Assembly: GCF_009914755.1 (NCBI RefSeq)
Contig: NC_060929.1
Source: the human T2T-CHM13v2.0 reference genome, Homo sapiens
Direction: 5' to 3' (one strand)
DNA length: 64,000 bases
Shown here: piece by piece, positions 33,768-49,130 of the stretch
Layout of the letters: the number at the start of each line of letters is the position of its first letter
Numbering within the stretch: position 1 is the stretch's first letter
Notes under the pieces: generated by a model
Told to the model about the DNA's origin: nothing
The model's input: the letters and a program-made list of their open reading frames with translations, nothing else
Databases searched by the model: none
Program-made: the position numbers and the translations under genes

Positions 33768-33801
33768 ACTTAAGCCACGTCTCCACTTAAGCCACGTCTC
33801 C
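33768..33801. repeat. Perfect 17-bp tandem duplication
   Basis: ACTTAAGCCACGTCTCC occurs twice. Confidence 0.9.
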
Positions 33802-34119
33802 ACAAACCTTTGCTATACTAGTTTTAAACAACCCATTTGCAGGTTGACTTAAGGAATACTCCTCTTATCTATGTTTCAAGATTTCACCTCCCTAGTTTTG
33901 TGCCTCTTTCAAGTAAGATGCTTACATTTATGCTTTCTTACAAGCTTTTGATAAAAGAATTTTAAATGGGTGGGAAAAGAAACATTAAGTAGAGAGTTCG
34001 GCATTCTAACCAAGGGAGATTCAGGTTGGGAGGAAAGTGGGCTACAGAAGCTTTCACGCCAAGCACCAGAACTCTAAAAGACCTTCAAATCTGTTATTTA
34101 CATTAAAGAATTTATAAAT

Positions 34120-35860
34120 CTGAGAGTTCAGTGAGCTGAATAATTAAGTAAATAGATGTAGGATGGCAAAAGCCAGGTTTTTCATTTAGGAGTGGGAGTT
34201 TAGTGATAAGAAAGGAGAGAGAGCTACAATGATCCATGTGGCAATATATTAGAATTGGAGACATAAGTATGAACTCATTGTTAGCTTAATATCAATGCAG
34301 ATGATTACAGATAGAAATATTTATAGATATGTAGATATGCAGGAGTTAGGATACACGCATGTATTTCCTTGTTCTGTCAGCTGAGAAGGCCCAGAAGCAA
34401 CAGGCATCTCGGCAGTAACATCACATCTAATGCCCGGATCTTGGTTTTTAATACCACTCTCCAATAAACAGAAACCAGGGTTCCTTGGAGAAATGGCTGA
34501 TTCTAGGACTGATGTGTCATTACTGATAAAGTTCAATAATGCTCAAGGGGCAGAAAATATATGCAAAAGGAGCCTGGCACATCTTACAGCACCAGAAAGT
34601 AAGAAAGTGCTCAAAAACTAAACTAAACCAAAACAAAAAAACAAAAATCCAACACCCACAACAATGGAGGCATGTCAAAGGACACAGGAGCCAACATAAA
34701 GAATCCCCAGTGGCCAAAGCTAGGATAATTTGAGTAACAGAGTTGTACTGTACTATAATCCAGAGTGTAAAATAAATACCCATGGGTCCATAATGATATA
34801 AATAAATGACTGAATAAATTAATAAATGGAGCAGAGGCAAATCACCCATGCAGAAAAATTCCAAATAATTATGTAGATACTCTACCCTAAGGGAGATGGA
34901 GCATAAATCCCCACTTATTAAGTGTGGGCTGTGCACAGTGATGTCAAAAGTTATCATATGGCAGGGGGAAAAGAGTTAACTTCACAGTGGAGAACCTGAC
35001 AGACACTACCTCAGCCAGGTGACCAAAGTCAACATCACTGGTGATACTTCACACTGATAGCACATAAACTTGGTATGACAGGATGCATGCTAATGGTACT
35101 TTACAAATCCCTGTGGTCTTCCTCCCAAAAACCCATATCCCTAGCCTAATTATAAGAAAACTATCAAACATGTCCCAGTTGAAGGACATTCTACAACATG
35201 CTGGGCCAGCAGTCCTCAAAGCTGTCAAGGTCATCAAAAACAAGGAAAGTCTAAAAAAGTATCACAGCCAAGAGAAAACTAATGGATCATGATGACTAAA
35301 TGTAATGTGGTGTCCTGGGTGGGATCCTAGAACAGAAAAAAAACTAGGTGAAAACTAAGGAAATATGAATAAAGTAATAGACTTTGGTTAATAATTATGT
35401 ACCAACATTAGTTCCCTGTGGTACAACAAATTAACATGTCACATGGTACCTAACAGGAAACTGGGTGCAGGGTTTGCAGACATTCTTTGTACTATCTTCC
35501 CAATTTTTCCATAAATGTAAAACAGTTCTAAAAAGTAAAGTTTTTTTTTAAAGACTCATTATATAAAAGGGAACAACTTCTCATCAGAAAAAAACGTAAG
35601 CCAGAAAACAACAAACAACACCTTTGAAGTGCTGAAAGGAAAATTCTGTCAACACAAAAATTTATACCTGTCTTTGAAAAATGATGGCCAAAAAAAGACA
35701 CTTTCGGATAAATAAATGTTGAGAGAATTCATCATCAGGAGATCTGTGCTGCATGAAATGATTTAAAAAAAGGGAAATGACACCAAACGGAAACTTGGAA
35801 ATTCAGAAAGAAATAAAGAACAGCAGAACTGTTAGTATGTAGGCAAACATAAAAGCCTAC
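34120..35860 (+). mobile_element. L1MC/MD 3'-end fragment followed by a short L1 ORF1-like fragment
   Basis: CCAGGGTTCCTTGGAGAAATGGCTGATTCTAGGACT and GTCCTCAAAGCTGTCAAGGTCATCAAAAACAAGGAAAGTCT motifs. Confidence 0.65.
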
Positions 35861-35956
35861 CGTTTTTTCATGAGTTTTGCCATTCCCACTCCCTTCACGA
35901 ATGAGGGGTCCCTTTTCATTCTTCCTCTAAACGCTCCTCAAACTTAAGCATCTGAC

Positions 35957-36183
35957 AGTGGGTCTCAACAGGGGCAGTAAAGCTCTCCTGGGGGTGTCTG
36001 GAAGCCCTGTGGGAGGGGTCTCCATGCTGTCGCAGGCGCAGAGGTGTGCCACCAGCACTTAGCAGGTCCACACCTGGGAGGTGAAACACTCTGTAATACA
36101 AAAGACAGACCTGCAGAGCAAAAGGACTGTCCCAAAATACCCCTGCCTTGTCCTCCACTTCCATCCTGAATCGAGAAGCACTG
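35957..36183. mobile_element. MER20-like hAT-Charlie element
   Basis: CAGTGGGTCTCAACAGGGGC ... GAGAAGCACTG termini. Confidence 0.55.
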
Positions 36184-39100
36184 TAAGCATCAATGCGGGG
36201 TAGAGATCCTCACCCAGACCTCTAACACCTATAGCCTAAGGCTGCATGATCCTCCTTAGCAGCTGTGCCAGTGAGACCAACTCTTGAGATCCTAACTCCA
36301 AGGTCAGGTCCATCATCATATGAACTTCTATCAGTTAAGAACATCCTCCGTCCTGGAACCTAGGAAACTGATTTCTAAAACAGTATTTCAAACCCATGTA
36401 GATCCTTTATATGATTTTACCTTCCTCCTCTTCTGCTGCCAGTGAGGAAAGAGAAGCACAGAAAAGACAAAAAAGTAAATCAAGTGACAACTTCAAACAA
36501 CCCACTTGGGACACGGAGACTGCAAGGAAGGCTAGAGGACAGTCTCATGTATCTGCTGGTGAAGGCACTCTCCAGTTCCACTTCAGATTTAAAGAAAAAA
36601 GAAAATTAAGAGCTTATGGAAGTTTTAAAATGGAACCATTGCATTTATTTTATTAAAGGCTATTTTTATTTTTTTAAAGCTACTGCTTAAGTGTTTCAGT
36701 TTTAGATTTTGATAATTATGAATTTTTTTTAAAAAAATGTATGAACCAGATGGAAGATACAGTAGAAGCATGTGCAAACTCAGGCAAAAATATAAATGCA
36801 ATTTAAACCCTTACTTCCTGCCACAGCAGTACACTTCAATTCCAAGCTCCATCTTTTCTGAGGTAGTTAAATCCATATTCAATTAGAAGCTAAAAAACTT
36901 TAAACGGTAAAACAATAGTATACTTATATTACTCATTTTCTTGATAGGCATTTAGAATAAAGAAAATAGATTTACGTTAAGTGGCCCAAATTACTGATAC
37001 GTAAAGGTATTCTACAATGTGTTTGTGATTTCTTTTTACTTGTTTTCATAAAGTATTTTTTGTATTCACAGTGAATTTTCTATATTTTACAAAGTGTGAC
37101 ATTTTTCTATTCAATGCTAGATAATAAATATAGAGCTAAATACGTTTTTAAGAGAATATGATGGAAAAAAGGTGAAGAGCCATTCAACTAATTTTGTTCA
37201 ACCATCCAAAAAAAAAAAAGAAAAACCCAGTAAGAAGCATCTGATATTGCTGATTGATAAAAAGATTAAAAAGCAACATTATTATTTGGTTACATGTTTA
37301 TCTAAATTACCTCATCTTCCTTTCAACAATGGAAAGAATGTCCACAAAATTCTTACAGACATACAGATAAAACTACAGCTAATTCTATCAGACAGTGATT
37401 TAACACAACTTAAGATGATTAAACAATAACAGTAAAGTCTATATAAATCTTTAAAAACCAGGAAAATAAATCCATAATTTTCAGACAAGTATGCATTATT
37501 GTAAACTATCCAAGAACCCATAACGTCCCCTTCATACTACCACAGATCCGCTAACTACATGACAAAGAACTCACTCTGCTAACCAGAGGTAACAAGTGAA
37601 ACCACACAATGAGTAGCCTTTCCTGTCAATGACGTCATGGACAGGGCACTGGAACAGACGTCCTTCAGTCACCAGGTGAAGGGCATGCTTTAGAATAAAC
37701 AGGACCAAGCTCTTGGTTGACAAGGCAAGAAAACAAAATACTTACACTTGTATTGGTACATACAGTATATAGGGAATACTTATATTCCAATGTGGAATTT
37801 TAAAATTAGGTATAAAACATAGCCTTAAATGAAAAGAAAGCTTAACAACCAAACTAAATAACTTAATAAAATCATTTCAGAGCAAGCCATATTTATTTTG
37901 TTCAGGGCATTCTGCTGACCACTGCAGAGAACCGAAAGACATGACACAAACTTTAACTGCATGAAACCCTGGGCTTTTCCTTACTGCCAGTCCAGTATGC
38001 AAAGAATGACCACATGAAAGGAAAAGGACAATACTGTCATGGAGGCACAGAGAGGGCTCTGAAGACTGCAGGAGCCTTGGACTGTAAACTCAGTAAGGGC
38101 AATGATCCGGGTTTCTCTCCTTTTGACTTTTACCAGTTCTTACTAGTTCACATCAAAATGCACAGCACAGAGAGCTGCCAAACCACTGCTTCTGCCCTAT
38201 GATGAAGGGAGGGCAAAACTGGCACAGGAGCAGGACGGGGTGAAAGCACGGGTCTCTGGGTCCATCCCTTGAGACTGTCTGGGGTGGGGTGGGGGGAGGA
38301 TCCTGGAATCAGTGTCTTTCCAATTAGCTTATGTGATTCTGACACCAGGGTTCTTGAATTTCTGTAGACAGCACTGCCCTACAGGGTGAGAAGGGTTATC
38401 TGTGGAGGAAGGGAACTGAGTAACACATTGATGAGCCTGGAAAGCAAGGAGTTGCCAGTGTATAATGACCTTCTCTGAGTATAAGCAGAAACAGAAAGGC
38501 AGAGAGTTATGGCATACAAAAGTCAGAAGAGGATCATAATTCTGGAGATTTACCGTGAATGCCTGGCTGAAAAGACGAGACTCAGAGAAGCTTCTGATAG
38601 TGTGTGTGTTCTCTGTGCTACTTAACCTGCACTTCTCACCCCATTCTTAGGACAGGCTTTCAGCTAGTGCAGCTCGCTGGACTGAAACAGGACCTTTCTA
38701 TAACCACTGTCCCTCTCATCCTGAGCACCCACTCCATTAAGAACCCTAGCAGCCAGGACGCGTGCCTTCCTGCTCCACTCTTCCTCTCCACACGTCACCT
38801 GTGGGGCTTCTGTTGCCACCACTGGTTCCCTCCACACTCCCACCCAATGCTTCCTGCTGGTTTTCCAGGTCCCAATCAGATGGCAGAGAAGAAGCTAGGA
38901 ACCCTGCTAGCTGCTTGAGACAGCTGCCATCATTCACTGGGGCTCCGGCTGCCCGGCTCTGTGGCTGCTGCCGGTGTGAGACTGCACACCCCAGTGCAGC
39001 GCTGGAAAGCACAGCTTAGGCCGCATCAACCTCATCGAGACCACGCCTCCCTTCTTTCAAATCCTCCCGTGTTACTAAGCGACAGTCCCTGCTTTAGGCA

Positions 39101-40753
39101 CACTTCTGCTCTGAATTGAATTTACTATTACCCTATCCACCATGTTGAGCTGTGCTGTTTTTTTCCTGTACTTAAAATTACTTTTGTTTTGCTTTTCCCC
39201 ACCTCAGATCCTTCACTTACAAGGGGCCTTTGGCCTAGAATACTCTTCTCAACTCCTCAACTCCGACTCGGATGCTGTTTCCTCAAGGCATTCCTCTCTG
39301 ACCCCTTGGACCTAAGTCACTTCCCACAGTCATGACTTCGTACTCAATGTTCATCTTCTCTGCTTGTTATAACTCCATGGAAAGAGGCACCATGTGTGTC
39401 TTGTTTATGCTTGGAGCTCTAACAAGAGTTCAAAAAACAATTAGCATATAGAATCCAACTCCCTCTCTCTACTTGCAGTTACCTGATTTTCTCCATTTCC
39501 TTCCGACTCCCTCTCCTCTCACCAGATTTTTGATTCATGTGGTTCGTCTACTGAGAGGATTTTCTCTTTCTGGTCGAATCCTAAGTAATCCTCATTATGC
39601 AGGGCCTGGCACAATGAATGCCTCCTACATGAAGTCTTCCAGACCTGGGTCACCCTTTCGTAATAACACTACAGCTGATCCCGCTACGTAGGTATGCAAA
39701 GTTATGCACTGAGTGGTTCCCCAATTACTTCAGGCGTGTGTGTTTCCCTAAGGGAGGAAGTGTTCCCGGCAAACACTCACTCGTACATCCTTCTACAAAT
39801 CCCTACAGTGTCCATCACAGAATGCCTGGCATATAGCAGGTATAAATCGATACCTGTTGATTAACTATTTTTTTGTACTAGATATATTTTAAACAATTAA
39901 GTTATATGGAAAAACACCAGGAGAATGAAGAAAAAGTGTACTTAGAAATTTTTTTAAAGTGCCAATCTCAAAATGAAAGAAAAATTGATTTCATAATTTT
40001 ATAAAAGCTACTGCTTATTCCAGGCATAAGAAAAATTGTACAACTGTTATACATTACAGTTTGTTAGCTCAATAAATTTTGCAATCACCCTCTTTTAGGT
40101 AGACGAGGATGCCAGTTTAAGGACTCCGTTACCCGAAATCACAAAGCTGATAATCAACTTGGTCTAAGATTCAAATCCCAATCTTGTGACTGTTTGACAT
40201 TTATGCCAAATTCTTTTCTCTATTTTAGAGGTACTATATCGTCCAACTAAAACATTTTTTTCTTCTATAACTAAAAATGATTGAGAATGTCATAAAAAAT
40301 TAAAATCTGTGATAAATTATTAAATATGATTTTGGAAGATGAACAACCAGAAGAAACTGAGACAGCTATGGAAACAGTGATCTATAAATTGGATGAAGTA
40401 TTTCAATAATGTTTTTCTAAGGTGATGAATATGTGACAGGCAGCATCTCCACTGAGAACAGCATGAAACCAAGAATTTATTCTGTCTGAAAAACAGGAGA
40501 CAATGGGCAACAGCCTAGAAGTTCAAAGGGAAAACAGAAAGTGCTCAAAGAAAAAGGATAAAAGCTCTAACCAAGAACCAAGAATCTTTTCACACACTAA
40601 GATGAGTAGTTTGCAGATAATTCACAAATTCCCAAACAAAATGGCATTTTTACTAATCTTAAAAATAAAAGCAATATTATATTGCAGAATTTTTTTAAAC
40701 AAATGGGTTTACTTCCATTGCTTTTGTGAACAATACAGCCATGTAGTCCAACG

Positions 40754-41233
40754 TAGCTGGGACTACAGGTGAGTGCTACCACGCCCAGCTCATTTTTGTA
40801 TTTTTAGTAGAGATGGGGTTTTGTTATGTCTAGAACAGGCTGACCTAGAACTCCTGGACTCAAGCTACACCCTGCTTAGGCCTCCTAAAGTGCTGAGATT
40901 ACAGGTGTGGGTCACCATGCCTGGCCACTATCCACCTCTTTTTTTTTTTTTTTTGAGACAAGGTCTTGCTTTGTTGCCTAGGCTAGAGCGCAGTGGCACA
41001 ATCTCAGCTCACTGAAACCTCTGCCTCCTGGGTTCAAGGATTCTCCTGTCTCAGCCTCCCAAGTAGCTGGGACTATAGGTGTGTACCACCACGCCCGGCT
41101 AATTTTTGTATTTTTGGTAGAGATGAGGATTTCATCATGTTGGCCAGGCTGGTCTTGAACTTCTGACCTCAGGTGATCCGCCTACCTCGGCCTCCTGAAG
41201 CGTTGGGATTACAGGCGTGATCCACACCCAGCC
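40754..41233 (-). mobile_element. Partial Alu (40754-40926) plus full AluS (40938-41233)
   Basis: Alu consensus matches. Confidence 0.85.
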
Positions 41234-41961
41234 ACTGTCCACTTTTTAATACCATTCTATCCTTATATGCTCTTTTAATTTCTATCTTGAATACTCAAAA
41301 TACAAATAAAAGTAAAAAAAGATCACCTCATAAATACTTGCTTTGTCTCTCCAAGTAAGAATACTTGAGGACATACAACTGAAACCTGTTTCAGTTTAAG
41401 AATCTTGTATTTGTGTTGCTTTTGAACTTTAGTTTGCATTATACTTTTTAAAAACAGCCTTAATGAGGTATAATTTACATCCTACAAGACTCATCTTTGT
41501 AAGTGTACAATGAGTAAAATTACAGGGATGTGCAACCATCATCACATCCAGTTTTGGGTCATTTCCATCACCCCCCAGAAAATTCACTCACGCCGTTTTT
41601 AAAAATACATGTTCCCTTTTTGGTGTTTTATTTTTGTTTTTTAAAAGATGGGGGTTTTGCTGTGTTGCCCAGGCTTAGACTTGACCTCCTGGGGTCAAGG
41701 GTGCTCCTGCCTCAGTCTCCGATGTAGCTGGGATTACTGATGCTTGCCAACATGCCAGCTCCCTCATGCTCACTGCAATTAATCTTCATGCCCAGCTCTA
41801 CCCTACACAGCCACTAATGTGCTTTCTGTCTCTGTATGTTTGACTTTCTTAGACATTTCATATAAATGGAATCATATAATAGTAGCCTTTTGTGTCTGGC
41901 TTCTTTCGTTTAGCATAATGCTTTTGAGGTTTATCCATGTGTCAAGAGTTAATTCCATTTA

Positions 41962-42682
<721 letters not shown>

Positions 42683-44045
42683 TAATTGCTAAACTATATT
42701 CAATTTTATGGACATATAACTTGTTTGTTTATTCACCAGTTGATGAACAACTGTGTTGTCTCTACTTTTCTGGCCATAATAAACAATGCTGCTATGAGCA
42801 TTTGTGTGTAAGTCTTTGTGTGGACATTTCATTGTTTTCATTTCTCTTAGATATCTGGGAGTGGGACTGCTGGGTCATATGGTATTTTTATGTTCAATGT
42901 TTAAATAAATTGCCAAACTATTTTCCAAACTGGTTATACCATTTCACATTTCTACTCGCAATACATAAGGATTCTAGTTTATCCACATCCTCAACAAAAC
43001 TTGGTACTGTATGACTTTTTAATTATGATCATTCTAGAGGATGTGAAATAGTATTGTTTTGGTTGCACTGTTGTTTTGATTGCATTTGTCTAATGATCAA
43101 TAAAATGTCTAATTATTAAACCTTTTGCCCGTTGTAAAACTAGGTTGTTTATCTTGTTGATTTATAAGAGTTCTTTATATATTCTGGATGCAAGTCCTAT
43201 ATCAGATGTATGATTGAAAAATATTTTGTTTGTAGCTTATCTTTTCATTGTTTTTCAATGGTTTCTTTTCAATGACAAAGGTTTTTAATTTTGATAAAAT
43301 CTAATTTTTTTTATAAACAGTGTTTTTGGAGTTATAGGCAAGAACTTCTTGTTCAAAATCACAGACTATCTTCTAAAAGTTTACAGTTTTACCTCTTACA
43401 TTTTGTCTAATATCCAAGTGAAGTCATTTTTATATAGTCTAAATCCCTTCCTCCCTCCCTCCCTTCTTTCCTTCTTCCTTGAAACAATCTTGCTCTGTGG
43501 CTCACCTTAGAGTGCAGTGGTGCCATCATGGCTCACTGCAGCCTCAACCTCCTGGGCTCAAGTGATTCTACCACTTTAGCCTCCCAAAGTGCTGTAATTA
43601 CAGCATGAGCCACGAGGCCCGGCTTCTTTTTTTAAATTTGCATGTGGATAACAATTGTTTCAGCACTGGTTGTTGAAAGACTGTCCTTCCCTCACTGAAT
43701 GATCGTGGCACTTTTGTTGAAAATCAATTGACCGTAAAGATATTTATTTCTAGATTCTCAATTTGGATCCACTGATCTATATGCCTGTCCTTCTACCAAT
43801 ACCACAATGCCTTGATTACTAAAGTTGTGAAACGGAGTGTGTAAGTCCTCTAATGCTGTGCTTTTTCCAAAATGCTTTGGCTATTCTAGGTACTTTGCAT
43901 TTCCATATAATTTTAGGATCGGCTTATCAATTTCTACAAAACACATGCTGTGATTTGCATAGGTACATACCACAAGGAATTTATATATCCATTTTAAGAT
44001 AACTGCCACCCTGACAATACTGAACAATGGAATCAAAGGATATGA

Positions 44046-44370
<325 letters not shown>

Positions 44371-44530
44371 GAGATTTTCTTGAATTTCTCTCAGTAATGT
44401 TTGTAGGTTCAATGTGCAATTCTTACATTTCTTTTTAACAAGTTTTTGTTGTTAGGCTATTGAGAATGAACTCTTCTTAATTTCATTTTTGGAACGTTCA
44501 TAGCTAGCATATAGAAATACAATGGCTTTT

Positions 44531-44797
44531 GGGCAGGCCCAGTGGCTCATGCCTGTAATCGCAACACTTTGGAAGGCTGAGGTGGGCAGGTCACTTGAGG
44601 TCAGGAGTTCGAGACCAGCCCGGCCAACATGGTGAAACCATGGTGGTGTGCGCCTATAATCCCAGCTGCTCGGGAGTCTGAGGCAGGAGAATCACTTTCA
44701 CTTGAACCCAGGAGGCAGAGATTGCAGTGAGCCAAGGTCGTACCACTGCACTCCAGCCTGGGCAACAGAGCGAGACTCTGCCTTTAAAAAAAAAAAG
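44531..44797 (+). mobile_element. AluS lacking its middle A-rich linker
   Basis: GGTGAAACCA joins directly to TGGTGGTGTGCGCC; TSD AGAAATACAAT. Confidence 0.85.
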
Positions 44798-45707
44798 AGA
44801 GAGAGAGAGAAATACAATTGGTTTTTGTATAATGACTTTGTATTCTACATTCTTTCAAGACTTATTACATCTAGAGGTTTTTAATAAATTCTATCTGATT
44901 TTCTACATACACAACCTATGAATAATGAATTTTATTTCTGCCTTTCCCAACTGGATGTCTTTTATTTCTTTCTTCCCTGTGTACAATGGTTAAAACCACA
45001 AGAAAAATGTTGAGTAAGTATAATGTTGAATACAACTAATGAGAGTGGACATCCTTGGCTTGTTCCTGATCTTAGGGAGAAAGCAGTTAGTCTTTCACTA
45101 TCAAATATGATGCTAACTGTGGCTTTTCCACAGATGCCCTTTATCAGGCTGAGGATATTTCCTAATGTGTTAAATGCTTTTTTTTTTTTTAAATCATGAT
45201 GGGTACTGAGATTTTGTCAAATGCTTTTTCTGCACCTACCGAAAATGGTTAGTTGGCTTTTTCATTTATTCTATTGATTTTCAGATGTAAAAAAAAAAAC
45301 CATATATCCCATTCCTGGGGTAATGAATCTAATCCATTTTATATATTACTAGATTCTATTTGCTAATAATTTTAAAAGAATTTTTGTGCCTACATTCGTA
45401 AGGGATATTGGTATATAGTTTCCATGGATCTCTTTGTTTGGCTTTGATATGAAGGTAAAAACCAGCTCCACAGAATAAGTTGAGAAATGTTCTCTATTTT
45501 CTGAAAGTTTGTGAAGGATTAGTATTATTTTTTCTTTAAATATTTGATAGACTGCACCAGCGAATTTCATGGGAAGATATTTAATCCCCAATTCAATTTC
45601 TTACTTATTATAGCTACTCAGATATGCTATTTTTTCTTGAGTCAATTCTGACAATCTGTATATTTTTAGGAATTTGTTCATTTCATCTAAGGTGTCTAAT
45701 TTGTCAG

Positions 45708-45927
45708 TATACAGAAAAAAGTAAACATAGCAGGTTTGAACTACTATCCGTCGAAAGGCCTGCTTACAATCTTGGCCCTTGGGTGGCATCTGGGAACATG
45801 GGTTTGGGGAGGATTCCCACCATTACCTAATAAGAGTGACTCACTGTGAGTGTGACTATGTGGTGAGTCCTGTGAGTCCTCCTAGTGAGTCACTGAACCT
45901 GTGGATGGTCATGGGGACCCCAGACAT
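45708..45927 (+). mobile_element. MER68-like LTR with an internal deletion
   Basis: AACATAGCAGG..GAAAGGCCTGCTT..TGGCATCTGGGAAC..GATTCCCACCATT, then GTGAGTCCTCCTAGTGAGTCACTGAACCTG..GGGGACCCCAGACA. Confidence 0.7.
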
Positions 45928-48639
45928 AGTTACCATAAAGTTCTTCACAATATTCCTTTATAATCCTTTAAGTTTCTGTAGAGTCAGTAGTGATGTCCTT
46001 TTTTAGTTGTGATTTTGGTAAACTGTCTTCTTTTTTATTGTTGGTCAGTCTATCTAAAGGTTTGTCAATTTTATTGATAGTTCCAAAGAACCAACTTTTG
46101 GGTTTCGTTGACTTTCTCTATGACTTTTCTGTCTCACTTATTTCTCCTCTAATCTTTATTAACTCCTTTGTTCTACTGGTTTGGGGTTTTGTTTGTTCCT
46201 CTTTTTTATAGTTTCCAAAGGCAAAAGTATCTTTGTTTACTGACCTAGGTATTTAAAGCTATTAACTTTCATCTAAGTACTGCTTTCCCAGCATCCTACA
46301 AATTCGGATGTGTTTTCATTTTCGTTTGGTTCCAAATGTTTTTAAAATTTCCTTTTGAATTTTTTATTGGACCCGTGTGTTATTTAGATGTGTGCTGCTT
46401 AATTTCAAAGACTTGGGAATTTCCCAGCTTTTCTTTAGTTGTGGTTGAAGAATACACTTTGTACAATTTCAGTCTTTGAAAATATATTCAGACTTGATTT
46501 ACAGCCAACCATATGGTCTATCCGAGAGAATGCTCCATGTGTGCCTGAAATGAATGTGTATTCTAGTCAGTATGTAGAGTGTGCTACATATGTTGGCTAG
46601 GTCAAGTTGGTTAATAGTGTTGGTCAAGGTTTCTATATGCTTGCTAATTTTCTATCTAGCTATTCTATCAATTACTAAGAGTAGGGTGTTAAAATCTCCA
46701 ACTATAATGATTGAAATGTCTGTTTCTCCTTCCCATTCTGTCAGTTTTTGCTTTGTGTATCTTAGGTCTCTGATATATGTTGGTGTGTCTGACAGTGTCC
46801 CACAGGCATCTGAGGCTCTGTTCATTTTCCTTCAATTGATTCTTCCCTCTACTATTTTGAATCTGCTGTTGAAGGCCTCTAGTGAATTTTCCATTTCCAA
46901 AATTGTACTCTCCAATTCCAGCATGTCTGTCTGGCTCGGCTCTTTTATAGAATTTTTATGTTCTTTACTGAGAATCTCTATTTGTTGACTCATTGCTGCC
47001 ATTCATTATTGTCATACTTTATTTCTTTAATATAGTTTCCTTTAGTCTTTGGACATATTTATATTAATTGCTTTGAAGTTTGTCTCTGCTAAATCCATTA
47101 TCTGGGAACACTTATAGACAGTTTCTATAGACTTTTGTTTTCCTGAATATGAGTCAAACATCTCTATATTTTGCATGTCTTATAATCTGTTGAAAAGTGA
47201 ACATTTTAGACAGTATATTGTAGCAACTCTGGATTCTGATATTTTCCCCCTTAAAGTTGGTGGTGTTGCCTTGTCTGCTTGTTCACTTTTGTTTAGTAAC
47301 AGGCTGGGTTAAACACATGAAATCTATTTTCACTGTGATGTGCAACCATGATGTTTCCACTCAGTTTCTTCTTGTTCTATGTTCTTTTTCCTCCTTCTTT
47401 TTAATAAGACTGGTTTCCTAGGAACTGCCCAGTCACTGGCTCTCCTCTGCTAGCCCACCTCTGTGAAGTCACTTCCACAGACAGTGACACTGGACTCTGG
47501 TGTCATTCACCACTGCAAACAGAAACTGCCAGTCCTTGCAGCCTGCTCCACACTGGCAGAAACTCCACACAGCATAGCTTGGGGAGTTTGGGAAGCAGCA
47601 CCCTGCTAAACCACAAATTTCCACTGCTCTTACCTGAAGTCTAGAAGTTTTTCAAAGCATAAATGTGTCTCAGATTATTGTCCCTTCATTAATATCCAGA
47701 ACACTGAAATGGCTGTTTCGTCAATTTTGTCCAGTTTTATAGTTGCTTTTTTGGAAGAGGATTTGCTGATCTCTTCACTTCGTCTTAACCGGAAGTGCTA
47801 CCCCTACTTCTCTGTTATTTTTAATCCTACCTTATAAATATTTCACAAAGTTTTTCTCTAATGATTATTTTGAAATACTTCAAATAAGCAAAAATTACAA
47901 AGAATATAATGTCTGTCTACCCCCACACTCAGCTTAATAAAACATTATAGATACATTTACTTCTCTCTGATCCTATTTCCTTTCTTCCCTCTCCAGAGAC
48001 AACCATTACCCTAAATTTTGTATTTCTTAATCTTATGTATGTTTTTCTTAGTTTATACCTATATACATGCTCTTAAATGACTTAATTAAAAAGTTTTGCA
48101 TTTTAATTGTATTCAAATGATATCCAACTATAAATATTCTTCTATAACTTACTGTGTTTGGGAGACTTATTCATGTAAATACATGTAGCTTTAATCCACT
48201 GACAGTTAACTGCTGCATAAACGTGCCACAATTAATCCAGTCTCCTATGACAGATGCAGGTGTTTTCAATAATCTGCTGTTACAATGCTGTAACACTCTC
48301 CTACGTGTCGTCCATGCACATGTGCGAGAGTAACAAGGGTGGAAAGAAGGACAGAGAGAGGCTATCAGTGCTTGTGTGAGTATATGAAATCTGCCCGCTG
48401 GCTCTCACACGGTTGGAGGTGAAATGTGAGAGAAGGGCAAACAGCAGTTGTGCTCCACCGTAGGCATCCATGGCCCTCCACAGAGTCTAGATTTAGAGTC
48501 ACAAGAGGCCTTACAGAAGGCCTCTATCCTCCAACCCGCACTCAGGAGGCAGCTTGGCCTATGTCACAGAGCACGTCAGTGGAAAACCTGGGACTAAAAC
48601 TAGGTTTCCCTTCTTCACTGCCTTCTTTCTCAAATCAAG

Positions 48640-48770
48640 ATCTGTAGGCCAGCAACATCAGTGTCACCTAGAAACTTGTTAATAATACAGGCTCTTGGGT
48701 CATATTCCAGACTTACTGAATCAGAATTTGCATTTTAACAAGATTCTGAGCTACACATTCAAGTTTTAAA
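48640..48770. mobile_element. MER5A fragment
   Basis: CCAGCAACATCAGTGTCACCTAGAAACTTGTTA..ACTGAATCAGAATTTGCATTTTAACAAGAT. Confidence 0.7.
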
Positions 48771-49130
48771 GATGGAAAAGTACTCTAGAGTATGTATCTG
48801 GAGTGAAATTAATGATCGCAGTGTGCAGATTCTTTTAACTATACCACATAATGCCAAATTTCTCTCCAAAGTATTGTTCCAATTTACCCAATTTACTTTC
48901 CCACATTATGTTTTCTAACTGTCTATGAATCTAATCACAACATAAAGCCGTTTCCTATTGCTCTTATGCACACCTCCACTGTTTGCCTTACCTTCCACTT
49001 CCTAAATATATCCTCAAACTATACCCCTGCATTTCTTTAATTTGTGCTGTTATACACTCATCTGTGATAAAAAGAGTTACATGGTCAAATAGGTTTGGGA
49101 AACACTAGATTACTCAAAATAAAACAGGGT

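Noticed and set aside
34520-34957. 145-aa Cys-rich hydrophobic ORF
   Set aside because: Antisense translation of an L1M 3' region.
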